Shown: positions 55,405 to 64,000 of the stretch, in pieces
Layout: each line of letters opens with the position of its first letter
Numbering within the stretch: the first letter of the stretch is position 1
Assembly (NCBI GenBank): GCA_046313635.1
Contig: JBKBYA010000001.1
Coordinates: forward strand, 895,481-959,480
From: Pyrinomonadaceae bacterium
Lineage (GTDB): Bacteria; Acidobacteriota; Blastocatellia; Pyrinomonadales; Pyrinomonadaceae
Length of the DNA: 64,000 bases
Reading direction: 5' to 3'
Position numbers and translations under genes: made by a program
Notes under the pieces: generated by a model
Told to the model about the DNA's origin: nothing
Database searches by the model: none
Seen by the model: the letters and a program-made list of their open reading frames with translations, nothing else

Positions 55405-58400
55405 TCAGTTGATCGGCGTGACGCTCACGGTACCGGTGAGCGGGTTGACCGTAAAGCTCAGCAACGAACCCGTTGCGGGCAGGCCGCCCGTACTGGTCGT
55501 GGTCGAGCCCGAACCGCCCGATGTCGTTCCACCGGTCGGGCCGGTACCGCCGGACGTCGTGCCGCCCGCGCCGCCGCCGGCCGCGCCGCTCAGGACGTTG
55601 GCCTTGACGCGAGCCGTGAACGTAAAGAGCACCGTGTTTGGATTGCTGAACCGGATCAGCTTGTTCGAGCTCTCCTCGTTCTGGACAAAGCTGCTGCCGA
55701 CGGTCTGCGAATAGTCGAAGATGCCGACAGTGCCGACGCCGTCGCCGCCGTTATCTGCGTTAGCGACACGTACCGAATTGCCCGACGACTGCACCGAGAT
55801 GATCTCGAAACGCAGGTTCGGATAATAGACGGTCGCCGAATTGTTCTTGAGCGCCGTCGTCAGCTCGGTCGCTCCCGCAGGGAAGACGATCGTGCAGTTC
55901 AACGCCGTGATGTCATTCGTCGCGTCCACCTCGGTCCGTCGTGAGACCGTAATGCTCTCGACATTGCTCGGTACCGTCACATACTTGCCGACGCGGCCGG
56001 GAGTTATCGAACGAATGCGGTAACTGTACGTGCCGTCCGGGCTGGTAAACGAAGCGCTCGTCGCATTCGCCGGGGCGGTCGCCACCACGCTCCAGTTCGT
56101 GCCGTCGGTCGAGCTTTCGATCTCGTAGGAGTCGACCGCTCCCCGCGGCTGCCAGGTCAGGGTGTAGCTGCCGTCAAAGTCGTGACGCACGCCGCCCTGT
56201 GTGAAATCCGAGCTGAATGCCTGCACGACGGGAGCCGCCCCGCCGCGGAGTTCGGTGCTCGTGATCTGGAAGTCGGTCGGCCCGTTCGCCCATCCGTAAA
56301 CGCGATAGATATAGCGTCCGGGAATGGTCGTGTTGGCCGCGATGTGTTCCGGCGAATCGGAATTGCCCGAGCTTCCGATCTCGTTGCCGTTCGGGTCGAA
56401 AAGCAGGAAATCGAGATCGGGCAAACCTACGCCGGCGCCCGTGTCGGTGATGTCCCAGGTGAGTGTGGCGTCGAGCTTGAGCGTCGACGAGTCGATGTTC
56501 ACGGGTACGTCAACGTATGTTGCGTTAGCGGCCACGTAGACCTTGTTGTCACGCTGTACTCCGCCGTCGCCCGCGAGGACCGTGCCTTCATAGGTGTTGG
56601 TCACAGACGAAGCGATTTGATCGGAGGGCAGCGACGGCGTTGCCCGCAGGTACATCGGCATACGCAGTTTGCTCGCACCGTTGACGGCGACGACGTACCA
56701 CTGCAGCTGCTTGATATCCAGCGACCGGACGATATCGCCATCGAGCGACACTGTCGCGGTGAACGACGCGGTGCCGTTCGCGGGAACCGTCACGCTCGCC
56801 GGGCTGACCGAGGTGGAAACTCCGCTGATATCGGTCGATCGGTTGTTCACCGTCGAAAGGCTGTAGGTTCCGCCCTGGCCCGACACGTCGCGAATGACGA
56901 CCGGCACGCTGTAGGTATTGACGATGCGATTGTTCAGTATCGCCTTTTCACCGAACGAATGACTGCCGAGGATGGCAGGCGCCGCGATCCCGTCGCCTTC
57001 CACGCCCATCAGCGCTTTGGTGTTGACGGCTGCGCCGACGTCGATCAGTCCGCCGCCCTGTTCGTTGATAGAATCAGCCGCGGCACCGTCCGATTTGGAA
57101 GTGCCGTTCGTGCGGCGAAGGTTGGTCGAAGTATTGATCAGCGCCGTACGGATCATATCCGGCGTCCAGTTGAGATGCGACTGCTTCACGAGCGACGCCG
57201 CTCCCGCGACGTGAGGGCCGGAAAAGCTCGTTCCGCTCGCGGGTATGTAACCCGTCGGGTCAAACATCGTGCCCCCGCCCGTCGTCGCGCCCCCGACGCG
57301 TACGGTCGCGCTGACGACCGCCACGCCCGGCGCGGTGACGTCCGGCTTGACCTGACCAAAGCCTGCGACCGGCCCGCGCGAGCTGAATGCCGCGGTCTCG
57401 CCGACAAACACGTCGGTCAGGAACGGATTCATACGGATCGGAAGTTCCGAAACGGTCGCGTTCGGAGGATCGACTGCATTGTTGTCGTTGGACAACATCG
57501 CATCGAGCAGGACCTCGCCGTCTTCCGGCGAGATGATGGCGCACGGTATCGTGCCGCGAATGGCCGTCGGATTGGTCGTCGTCGAGATCAGGATCATTCC
57601 CGCGGCACCGGCAAGCGAGGCACGGTTGCAGCGGTCTGCAAAGGTCGCGCCGAGGCCCGAGCCTTTGACGAGTGCGATCTTGCCGCTCACGGCGGCGGGA
57701 TACGTCGTGCCGGTCGCCGGCAGATTCACAAATACGTATCGCTGTGCGATCGAGCCGGCCGCAGGGTCGGGCGTGCCCGCCATTTTAAAGAGTTTCAGGC
57801 GGTTAAAGCCGGGCTGCGTCGGCAGCGTATTGGCCGGCGTGACGACACCGACACGCGTGGGCGAGACAGCCGAGGCCTGGAGCAGATCGACGGACCAGTT
57901 CGCGTTGGCCGCGCCCGGATGCGTCGTCGCGGCAACGGCGATAACGTGGCGGCCGGCAGCCGGCGCGCCGACCGTTCCTTCGCCCGGGCCGGAGTTGCCG
58001 GCCGAGGCGACGACGGTCGTGCCGAGCAGTGCGGCGTTGTCGGCAGCGACGGCCGTCGCGCTGTCGGGGCCGCCTACACCGCCGAGGCTCAAATTGATCA
58101 CGTGGGCGATCGGCTTCGGCTGCATCGTCAGAGTCACGGGCGAGACGGCGTCCTCGAGACCGAGGATCGTCGAAGCCGAAACGCAGCTTCCCGTACCGGT
58201 ACAAACCTTGTATCCCATCAAGCGGGCCTGCGGAGCGACGCCGTGAACGCGCACGTCGTCAGCCGTTCCCGGCAGGCCGTCGGCGCCCGGGGCCATCGCG
58301 AGATAGCCGGCGATATTCGATGCGGCCGCGGTGCCGTGACCGAAATCGTCGGCGACGCCGCCCGAGAACGAAAGGTAGTAAATGACCTTCTTATTTGAGT

Positions 58401-59076
58401 TGGTCGCGGCCGTCGGCGGAGCGAGTCCCAAACGCGGAGGCGTCGGGTCGCCGCCAAACATCGGGTGCGTCCAGTCGATGCCGGTGTCGAGTACGGCCAC
58501 GTTCATTCCCTGGCCCTCGTATCCTTCGCGAAAGTCGTCAAAGGGCGTCAATTCGGGATACTGGCCATAGACGGCCGGCGCGTTGATGTACGGAACGCTC
58601 TTGTTCAGATCGAGGGTCAGGTAATCATTCGGCTTTACGCTTTTGACCTGCGGCATCGATCGGATCGTTTCGATCGCCGCGGGCGGCACGGTCAGGGTGA
58701 TGCCGTTGAGCACCAGGTTGAATCGATAATCGACCCGGCCGCGCGTCGTGCCGTCAAAATCCTGTATATCGACGCCGTCGATGGTGTACGAAATATCTCG
58801 AGCCTGAAGCTCGGCAAGGAACGCGTTCTGCTCGGCGGTCACAGAATCACGGTAGTTCTGCAGCTCTGCGTCGGAAACGGCCTGACCGGCCTGCACACGG
58901 CGGGCTTTCCAGACCGCGGCCGGCTCGGCGTTCAGCTGCACGATCACCGACGTTGCGATACCGGACGCTTCTGCCCGGAAATGCCTGTCGATCAAAAAGG
59001 CGCCGCCGGCGACCGACATCAGTACTAAGACCGAGACTATCGCTCGCGTCCTATGGATGATCCTCGGGATTCTCAT
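55405..59076 (-). CDS. Secreted Vpr-like S8 subtilase (I9 propeptide, PA domain, C-terminal Fn3/PPC-like domains)
   Basis: VAVLDTGID, HGTAAAS, SAGNSG, FSSRGP, KPDVTAPG, SGTSFSGPHVAGA; RBS GAGGAG. Confidence 0.93.
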   Translation of the reverse strand: MRIPRIIHRTRAIVSVLVLMSVAGGAFLIDRHFRAEASGIATSVIVQLNAEPAAVWKARRVQAGQAVSDAELQNYRDSVTAEQNAFLAELQARDISYTIDGVDIQDFDGTTRGRVDYRFNLVLNGITLTVPPAAIETIRSMPQVKSVKPNDYLTLDLNKSVPYINAPAVYGQYPELTPFDDFREGYEGQGMNVAVLDTGIDWTHPMFGGDPTPPRLGLAPPTAATNSNKKVIYYLSFSGGVADDFGHGTAAASNIAGYLAMAPGADGLPGTADDVRVHGVAPQARLMGYKVCTGTGSCVSASTILGLEDAVSPVTLTMQPKPIAHVINLSLGGVGGPDSATAVAADNAALLGTTVVASAGNSGPGEGTVGAPAAGRHVIAVAATTHPGAANANWSVDLLQASAVSPTRVGVVTPANTLPTQPGFNRLKLFKMAGTPDPAAGSIAQRYVFVNLPATGTTYPAAVSGKIALVKGSGLGATFADRCNRASLAGAAGMILISTTTNPTAIRGTIPCAIISPEDGEVLLDAMLSNDNNAVDPPNATVSELPIRMNPFLTDVFVGETAAFSSRGPVAGFGQVKPDVTAPGVAVVSATVRVGGATTGGGTMFDPTGYIPASGTSFSGPHVAGAASLVKQSHLNWTPDMIRTALINTSTNLRRTNGTSKSDGAAADSINEQGGGLIDVGAAVNTKALMGVEGDGIAAPAILGSHSFGEKAILNNRIVNTYSVPVVIRDVSGQGGTYSLSTVNNRSTDISGVSTSVSPASVTVPANGTASFTATVSLDGDIVRSLDIKQLQWYVVAVNGASKLRMPMYLRATPSLPSDQIASSVTNTYEGTVLAGDGGVQRDNKVYVAANATYVDVPVNIDSSTLKLDATLTWDITDTGAGVGLPDLDFLLFDPNGNEIGSSGNSDSPEHIAANTTIPGRYIYRVYGWANGPTDFQITSTELRGGAAPVVQAFSSDFTQGGVRHDFDGSYTLTWQPRGAVDSYEIESSTDGTNWSVVATAPANATSASFTSPDGTYSYRIRSITPGRVGKYVTVPSNVESITVSRRTEVDATNDITALNCTIVFPAGATELTTALKNNSATVYYPNLRFEIISVQSSGNSVRVANADNGGDGVGTVGIFDYSQTVGSSFVQNEESSNKLIRFSNPNTVLFTFTARVKANVLSGAAGGGAGGTTSGGTGPTGGTTSGGSGSTTTSTGGLPATGSLLSFTVNPLTGTVSVTPIN

Positions 59077-59410
59077 TCTTATTCTCCTCAATGCAAAAAT
59101 ATGGATAGCCACAAGCTTTGTATGCGGGAGCGACCGGACTTTTGGCTGGTGCGAAGAGAGTATTTGCCGAGGCTTGAGAAATAGTTGAAGGCGGGTTGAG
59201 AAAAACTTGACCGCGGATCTGCAAAACTGCCAACCGCGATGCCTAATTCAGCCGGCCTGCGGAGCTGTCCAAATTGCGGCTCCGGGATTTTCGGTATAAA
59301 TTGTTCGAGCCCGCTGCCTCGATCGATCGTGAGAGACAACAGTCGACGACGACTGCCGCGCGATCTTGACGCCGACCGGGAATTGAATAGCGGAGCTATA
59401 ATCAAACACC

Positions 59411-60715
59411 ATGACTCAGATGGAAGGGCGATCGACCGTATCCGACGCGGTCCGCAAGCATAAGGAATTTCTCTTTCCGGCCGTCGCGACCTATTACGAG
59501 GAGCCGATCGCGCTGGTCAAGGGCGAAGGCGAATACGTGTGGGACGATCAGGGCAATCGATATCTCGATTGCTTTGGCGGCGTGCTGACGGTGAGCGTCG
59601 GGCACGCTAATCCGCGCGTCAATGCGGCGATCATCGAGCAGACGGGCAAGATCCAGCACACATCGGCGCTCTACGCTAACCCAAACCAGTCCGACCTCGC
59701 CGAGAAGCTCGCCGAGATCACACCGGGCAAGCTCAAGAAATCGTTTTTTACCTCCACCGGCACCGAGGCTGACGACACGGCGATCACCGCGGCCAAGCTC
59801 GCGACGGGCCGGCATGAGATCGTCGTGCTGCGGCACAGCTACTCGGGCCGCAGCGCGACGGCGCTGTCGGCGGTCGGTCATTCAAGTTGGCGTCCGCTGC
59901 CGTCGCAGGTCGCGGGCATCGTTCACGCGATGGCCCCGTACTGCTATCGGTGCCCCTTCGGCGCGACGCCGGATAATTGCGGAGCGGCTTGCGCGCAGGA
60001 TATCGAGGACGTGATCCGGACGACGACGACCGGCGAGATCGCGGCTTTCATGGCGGAGCCGATACTCGGCGTCGGCGGGTTTATCGTTCCGCCGCCCGGA
60101 TACTTCGAGCGCGCTTACGAGATCGCGCGAGATCACGGCGGCCTCTGCATCGCCGACGAAGTTCAAACCGGCTGGGGCCGGACGGGCGACAAGTGGTTCG
60201 GTATCGAGCAGTGGAATGTCGTGCCCGACATCATGACCTCGGCCAAGGGAATGGCCAACGGAGTGCCGATCGGCTGGACGATCGCGACGCCCGAGGTCGC
60301 CGATAAATTCCCGGGACTGACATTCGCGACCTTTGGCGGCAATCCGGTCTCGACCGCCGCGGCCCTCGCCGTCATCAAGCTGATCGAGGACGACGACCTT
60401 CGCACGAACGCGCGCGTCGTCGGCGGATATCTCCGGAGCAAGTTGGACGAGCTCAAAGACAAATACCCCGTCATCGGCGACGTTCGCGGTATGGGCCTGA
60501 TGCAGGGCATCGAGCTCGTCCGCGACCGCACGACCAAAGAGCCCGCGCCCGACGCGGTGCTCAAGGTCTTTGAGGAGACAAAGCGCCGCGGCGTGCTGAT
60601 CGGCAAGGGCGGCCTCTACGGCAACGTCATCCGCACCGGAATGATGCTCAACTCGACAAAGGACAACGTCGACGAGCTCGTCGCCGCGCTCGATGCCGGA
60701 TTCGGCACTTGCTGA
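59411..60715 (+). CDS. Class III aminotransferase (AGXT2/4-aminobutyrate aminotransferase-like)
   Basis: GNRYLDCFGG, AEPILGVGG, IADEVQTGWGRTG, TSAKGMANG, TFGGNP. Confidence 0.92.
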   Translation: MTQMEGRSTVSDAVRKHKEFLFPAVATYYEEPIALVKGEGEYVWDDQGNRYLDCFGGVLTVSVGHANPRVNAAIIEQTGKIQHTSALYANPNQSDLAEKLAEITPGKLKKSFFTSTGTEADDTAITAAKLATGRHEIVVLRHSYSGRSATALSAVGHSSWRPLPSQVAGIVHAMAPYCYRCPFGATPDNCGAACAQDIEDVIRTTTTGEIAAFMAEPILGVGGFIVPPPGYFERAYEIARDHGGLCIADEVQTGWGRTGDKWFGIEQWNVVPDIMTSAKGMANGVPIGWTIATPEVADKFPGLTFATFGGNPVSTAAALAVIKLIEDDDLRTNARVVGGYLRSKLDELKDKYPVIGDVRGMGLMQGIELVRDRTTKEPAPDAVLKVFEETKRRGVLIGKGGLYGNVIRTGMMLNSTKDNVDELVAALDAGFGTC

Positions 60716-60745
60716 CTCTCAAGTTAATTCCCACGCCCGACCAAT

Positions 60746-63700
60746 GTGAGCGTAAATGCGGGCAGCCATCTGGGGAGATTTTCGCTACTCGACCGCATCG
60801 GTGCGGGGGGAATGGGCGAGATCTTTCTGGCGCACGACCCGCAGCTCGAGCGCCGCGTCGCGCTGAAGATACTTCCGGAAAGATATACGCAGGACGCAGA
60901 CCGGCTCGAGCGATTTGTCCGCGAGGCAAAGGCGGCTTCTTCGCTCAATCATCCGAATATCCTCACCATCTTTGAGATCGGCTCGGTCGGCGAGACGCAC
61001 TTCATCGCGATCGAGTTCATCGACGGCCACACGCTGCGCGACAAGATCACGGCCCGCAGTCTCGAGCTCGACGTGATCCTCTCGATCACGCGGCAGACCG
61101 CCGAGGCCCTCGCCGCGGCGCACGCCGCGGGGATCGTTCACCGCGACATCAAGCCCGAGAACATAATGGTCCGCCGGGACGGGTATGTGAAGGTGCTCGA
61201 CTTTGGACTGGCAAAGCTCTCGGAGCTGACCTCCGACGATACGAGCGACGAGGCCAAAGAGGCCTCGACCCGCCGGCTCGCGCTGACGAGCCCCGGAATG
61301 GTGATGGGCACGGCCGCGTATATGTCGCCCGAGCAGACGCGCGGGCTCGCCGACCTCGACGGACGGACCGACGTCTGGAGCCTCGGCGTCGTGCTCTACG
61401 AGATGCTCACGGGCAGGCGCCCATTCGAGGGCGAGACGAGCAGCGACATCATCGCCTCGATCCTGCGGTCGGAGCCGGGCGATATCACAAAGGCATTCCC
61501 CGGCTGCCCGGCAGAGCTCGAACGGATCGTTACGAAAGCTCTCAAAAAAGATCGCGACGAGCGCTATCAGAGCGTCAAGGACCTCGCCGTCGATCTGCGC
61601 GCGCTGCGAAAGGATCTCGAGTTCTCGCGTTCGTCGCCCGGCCGCACGAATGGTTCGAGCCGTTCGGAGGCGAGGGCCGTCACGACCACGAGCGAGCGGG
61701 CCGCGGCCGGAAGTCGCCGACCGATCATTCTCGGAGTAGTGATAGCTGCTGTCGTGATCATCGCGGCCTTTGCCGGCTGGCGCTGGTTTGCGGCGGGCTC
61801 GGGCGGTGTCGAGGCGGGCGATATCGGCAGTCTGAAGGTCGTCGATGTCTTCAGTTGGGCAAGCGCGTCGGGCGAGGTGTACAGCGTCGGCAGATTCTCG
61901 CCCGACGGCCGGACGATCGCCTTTGAATCGACACGCTCGGGCAGCAAGCACATCTGGATCAAACAGGTCGCCGCCGGCGACGCCGTGCAGATCACAAAGG
62001 ACGAGGCCGCCAACGAGCAGCCGGTCTGGTCGCCCGACGGCCAGGAGCTCGCGTACGTCTCGACGCGCGGCAACAAGGTCGGCATCTGGCGAATGCCGGC
62101 GCTCGGCGGCTCGCCGCGGCTCGTCGCGAATCTCGCCGACCGCGCGGTGCAGCTGCGCCGGTGGGACAAGAGCGGCCCGATCTATTTCGCATCCGAAGGC
62201 GAGCTCTACTCGGCCGATCCCGCGAGCGGCACGATCGGCAAGCTGACCGATCTCGCCTCGCGCTCCGTCGCGGCGCAGTCGATCGACATTTCACCCGACG
62301 GGCTGCAGATAGCGTATCGCACGGCTTCGGACAGGTCGTGGGAGATCTGGGCGGCGCGGCTCGACTCGCTCTCGACGGCCCGGCGTGTGCTGTCCGCCGG
62401 GCGCGAGGTCAGGAATATCCGCTGGCATCCGGACGGCGTGCGGATACTCTTCAGCCGCGAGACCGACGGGACGTTTCAGATCTTTGCGGCGGATTCGAAC
62501 GCAGCAGACGCCGAACCTGTACAGCTGACCGCGGCCGAGCGCGACTGCATGCTCCAGGACGTCTCGGCCGACGGCGCGCGCCTGCTATTCGGAGCGGCGA
62601 AAGAAGAGTCGGACATCTGGCTCTCCGACGTGCGCGCGGGCGGCGACTCGGTCGTCACGTCCGACATCGACGCAGAGCTCTGGCCGAGCGTCTCGCCCGA
62701 CGGCCGCACGCTCGCGTACCAGTCGATCAAAAACCTTTCGCAGGGCAACAAGCTCACCACCGGCTCGATCGTGTCCCGCGGCGTATCGGCCGGCGCGGCA
62801 TCGACGGTATCGCAGATCACGGCGAGCGGGTACCTGCCGACATGGTCGCCCGACGGCAGTATGATCGCCTTTGGCAAGAGTGACGGCGGGCGCAATCAGA
62901 TCTTTGTCGTCTCCTCGACCGGCGGCGGTGAGCGCGTCGTTACGCCCAACGCCTCGACCGCGCCTTCGTATTCTGTGCTGCCGTACAATCGCGGGCAGAA
63001 CTCTGATTTTGGCTGGGCGGCAGACTCACGGCGTCTCGCGTACGTATCCAACGACGGCGGAGCTTCTAACGTCTGGATCGCCGACACGTCGCAGCTCGAC
63101 GGCGGGCCCGCCGCCGAGCGCCTGACCGGCAATCAGGACAAGCTCACGGCGATGCAGGCGCCGACGTGGCGGCCGGACCGCGCCAATGAGCTCGCATTCG
63201 TCGAAAGAAGGACCGAGTACGCCGGCGACGATCCGCGGATGACCTACACCGTCAGGCTCGCCGACACGACGAGCGGCGCGGGCCGCGAGCTGGGCCGCTA
63301 CGACGACTACATCAAGATCGTCGGCTGGCTCGCCGGCGGCCGCGAGATCCTGCTGGCGTCGGACGCCTCAGGTCTCGATGCGGCCTTGCCCTCGACGGTC
63401 GATCTGCTCTCGATCGATGTCGAGAGCGGCCGTTCGCGCAGCGTCGCCCGGCTGACCGAGGCTTATCTCTACAACATTCAAGTGTCGCCTTCGGGCAAGA
63501 GCGTCGCTTTCGCCGCGCATCGCGACGGCAAGGACGATCTTTGGATGATGCCGCTGCCGGGCGTGCCGCGGCGGCTGACGGCAAACAACGACCCGCGCGT
63601 TCACTTCTCGAGCATGGCCTGGGCGCCGGACGAGAATTTTATTTATTTCGGCAAGCAATTGCGTTACAGTTTGCTGTCAATGGTGACCAACTATAAATGA
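60746..63700 (+). CDS. Ser/Thr protein kinase with TM and extracellular PD40/TolB-like propellers
   Basis: IGAGGMGE, VALK, HRDIKPEN, DFGLAK, YMSPEQ; TM; many SPDG repeats. Confidence 0.94.
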   Translation: MSVNAGSHLGRFSLLDRIGAGGMGEIFLAHDPQLERRVALKILPERYTQDADRLERFVREAKAASSLNHPNILTIFEIGSVGETHFIAIEFIDGHTLRDKITARSLELDVILSITRQTAEALAAAHAAGIVHRDIKPENIMVRRDGYVKVLDFGLAKLSELTSDDTSDEAKEASTRRLALTSPGMVMGTAAYMSPEQTRGLADLDGRTDVWSLGVVLYEMLTGRRPFEGETSSDIIASILRSEPGDITKAFPGCPAELERIVTKALKKDRDERYQSVKDLAVDLRALRKDLEFSRSSPGRTNGSSRSEARAVTTTSERAAAGSRRPIILGVVIAAVVIIAAFAGWRWFAAGSGGVEAGDIGSLKVVDVFSWASASGEVYSVGRFSPDGRTIAFESTRSGSKHIWIKQVAAGDAVQITKDEAANEQPVWSPDGQELAYVSTRGNKVGIWRMPALGGSPRLVANLADRAVQLRRWDKSGPIYFASEGELYSADPASGTIGKLTDLASRSVAAQSIDISPDGLQIAYRTASDRSWEIWAARLDSLSTARRVLSAGREVRNIRWHPDGVRILFSRETDGTFQIFAADSNAADAEPVQLTAAERDCMLQDVSADGARLLFGAAKEESDIWLSDVRAGGDSVVTSDIDAELWPSVSPDGRTLAYQSIKNLSQGNKLTTGSIVSRGVSAGAASTVSQITASGYLPTWSPDGSMIAFGKSDGGRNQIFVVSSTGGGERVVTPNASTAPSYSVLPYNRGQNSDFGWAADSRRLAYVSNDGGASNVWIADTSQLDGGPAAERLTGNQDKLTAMQAPTWRPDRANELAFVERRTEYAGDDPRMTYTVRLADTTSGAGRELGRYDDYIKIVGWLAGGREILLASDASGLDAALPSTVDLLSIDVESGRSRSVARLTEAYLYNIQVSPSGKSVAFAAHRDGKDDLWMMPLPGVPRRLTANNDPRVHFSSMAWAPDENFIYFGKQLRYSLLSMVTNYK

Positions 63701-63716
63701 ACGGAGGAAGCTACTC

Positions 63717-64000
63717 TTGAACTTCAGACTCTTTGTCCGCGCCGCTTCGATGGCGGCGTTCGTGTTCGTTCTCCTCGCATTCAGTAACGCCGCGTTCGGG
63801 CAGAAGGCGCAAAATTCCGACTGCTCGGCGACCACCGACGACCAGATCGTCAACGCGATCTACGACGCGATACAGGTCAAATATTCGTCCGAGATGGACC
63901 ACGTCAACGTGACGAGCAAGGACGGCGTCGTGACGATCCGCGGCTACGCGACGACCAAAAAGGCAAAGTCCGCGATCGAAAAGGCCGCGCGCAAAGCCAA
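63717..64000 (+). CDS. BON domain secreted protein (truncated by window edge; not in ORF track)
   Basis: RBS GGAGG, TTG start, signal peptide, then TDDQIVNAIYDAI...HVNVTSKDGVVTIRG. Confidence 0.8.
   Translation, partial: MNFRLFVRAASMAAFVFVLLAFSNAAFGQKAQNSDCSATTDDQIVNAIYDAIQVKYSSEMDHVNVTSKDGVVTIRGYATTKKAKSAIEKAARKA

Noticed and set aside
59080..59400. Riboswitch upstream of the subtilase or aminotransferase
   Set aside because: No recognisable aptamer consensus by eye; an Infernal/Rfam scan would settle it.
1..64000. CRISPR array or cas genes
   Set aside because: No 23-47 nt repeats with unique spacers were seen; the repeats found are 7-nt tandem units.

Overview
GC-rich bacterial chromosomal window. 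The gene repertoire (Ser/Thr kinase with PD40 repeats, delta-60 repeat protein, carboxypeptidase-regulatory-like domains, Tes homolog) suggests Acidobacteriota, probably Blastocatellia; this is inference. In order it holds: a fused metallophosphoesterase, yqeY, a 1950-aa thioester alpha-2-macroglobulin and a five-gene candidate DNA end-joining operon (9037-13461). Next come a nitrate/NO cluster (ric, hemerythrin, NarI-like membrane protein, Mo-bis-MGD nitrate reductase-like subunit, 4Fe-4S protein, Rieske protein, two NarK, porin, Crp/Fnr), a GH1/DUF362 locus, and HU, tRNA-Pro(UGG) and rdgB. The rest comprises ybbP/ybbA/tesA, thrC, a hybrid two-component system, a tetraether-synthase (Tes)-like radical SAM enzyme, pgi, ino1, a Vpr-like subtilase, a class III aminotransferase, a Ser/Thr kinase and a BON protein. 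The best novelty candidate is the 9037-13461 operon: two highly divergent Ku-like proteins (one acidic, one basic), an ATP-dependent DNA ligase with a WGR-like C-terminus, and an AEP primase-polymerase fused to a HAD phosphatase, behind a sigma-54-type promoter. It looks like a non-canonical NHEJ system built from different parts than Ku/LigD. No CRISPR array, integrase or transposase was seen. All family calls are by-eye motif recognition; no searches were run.
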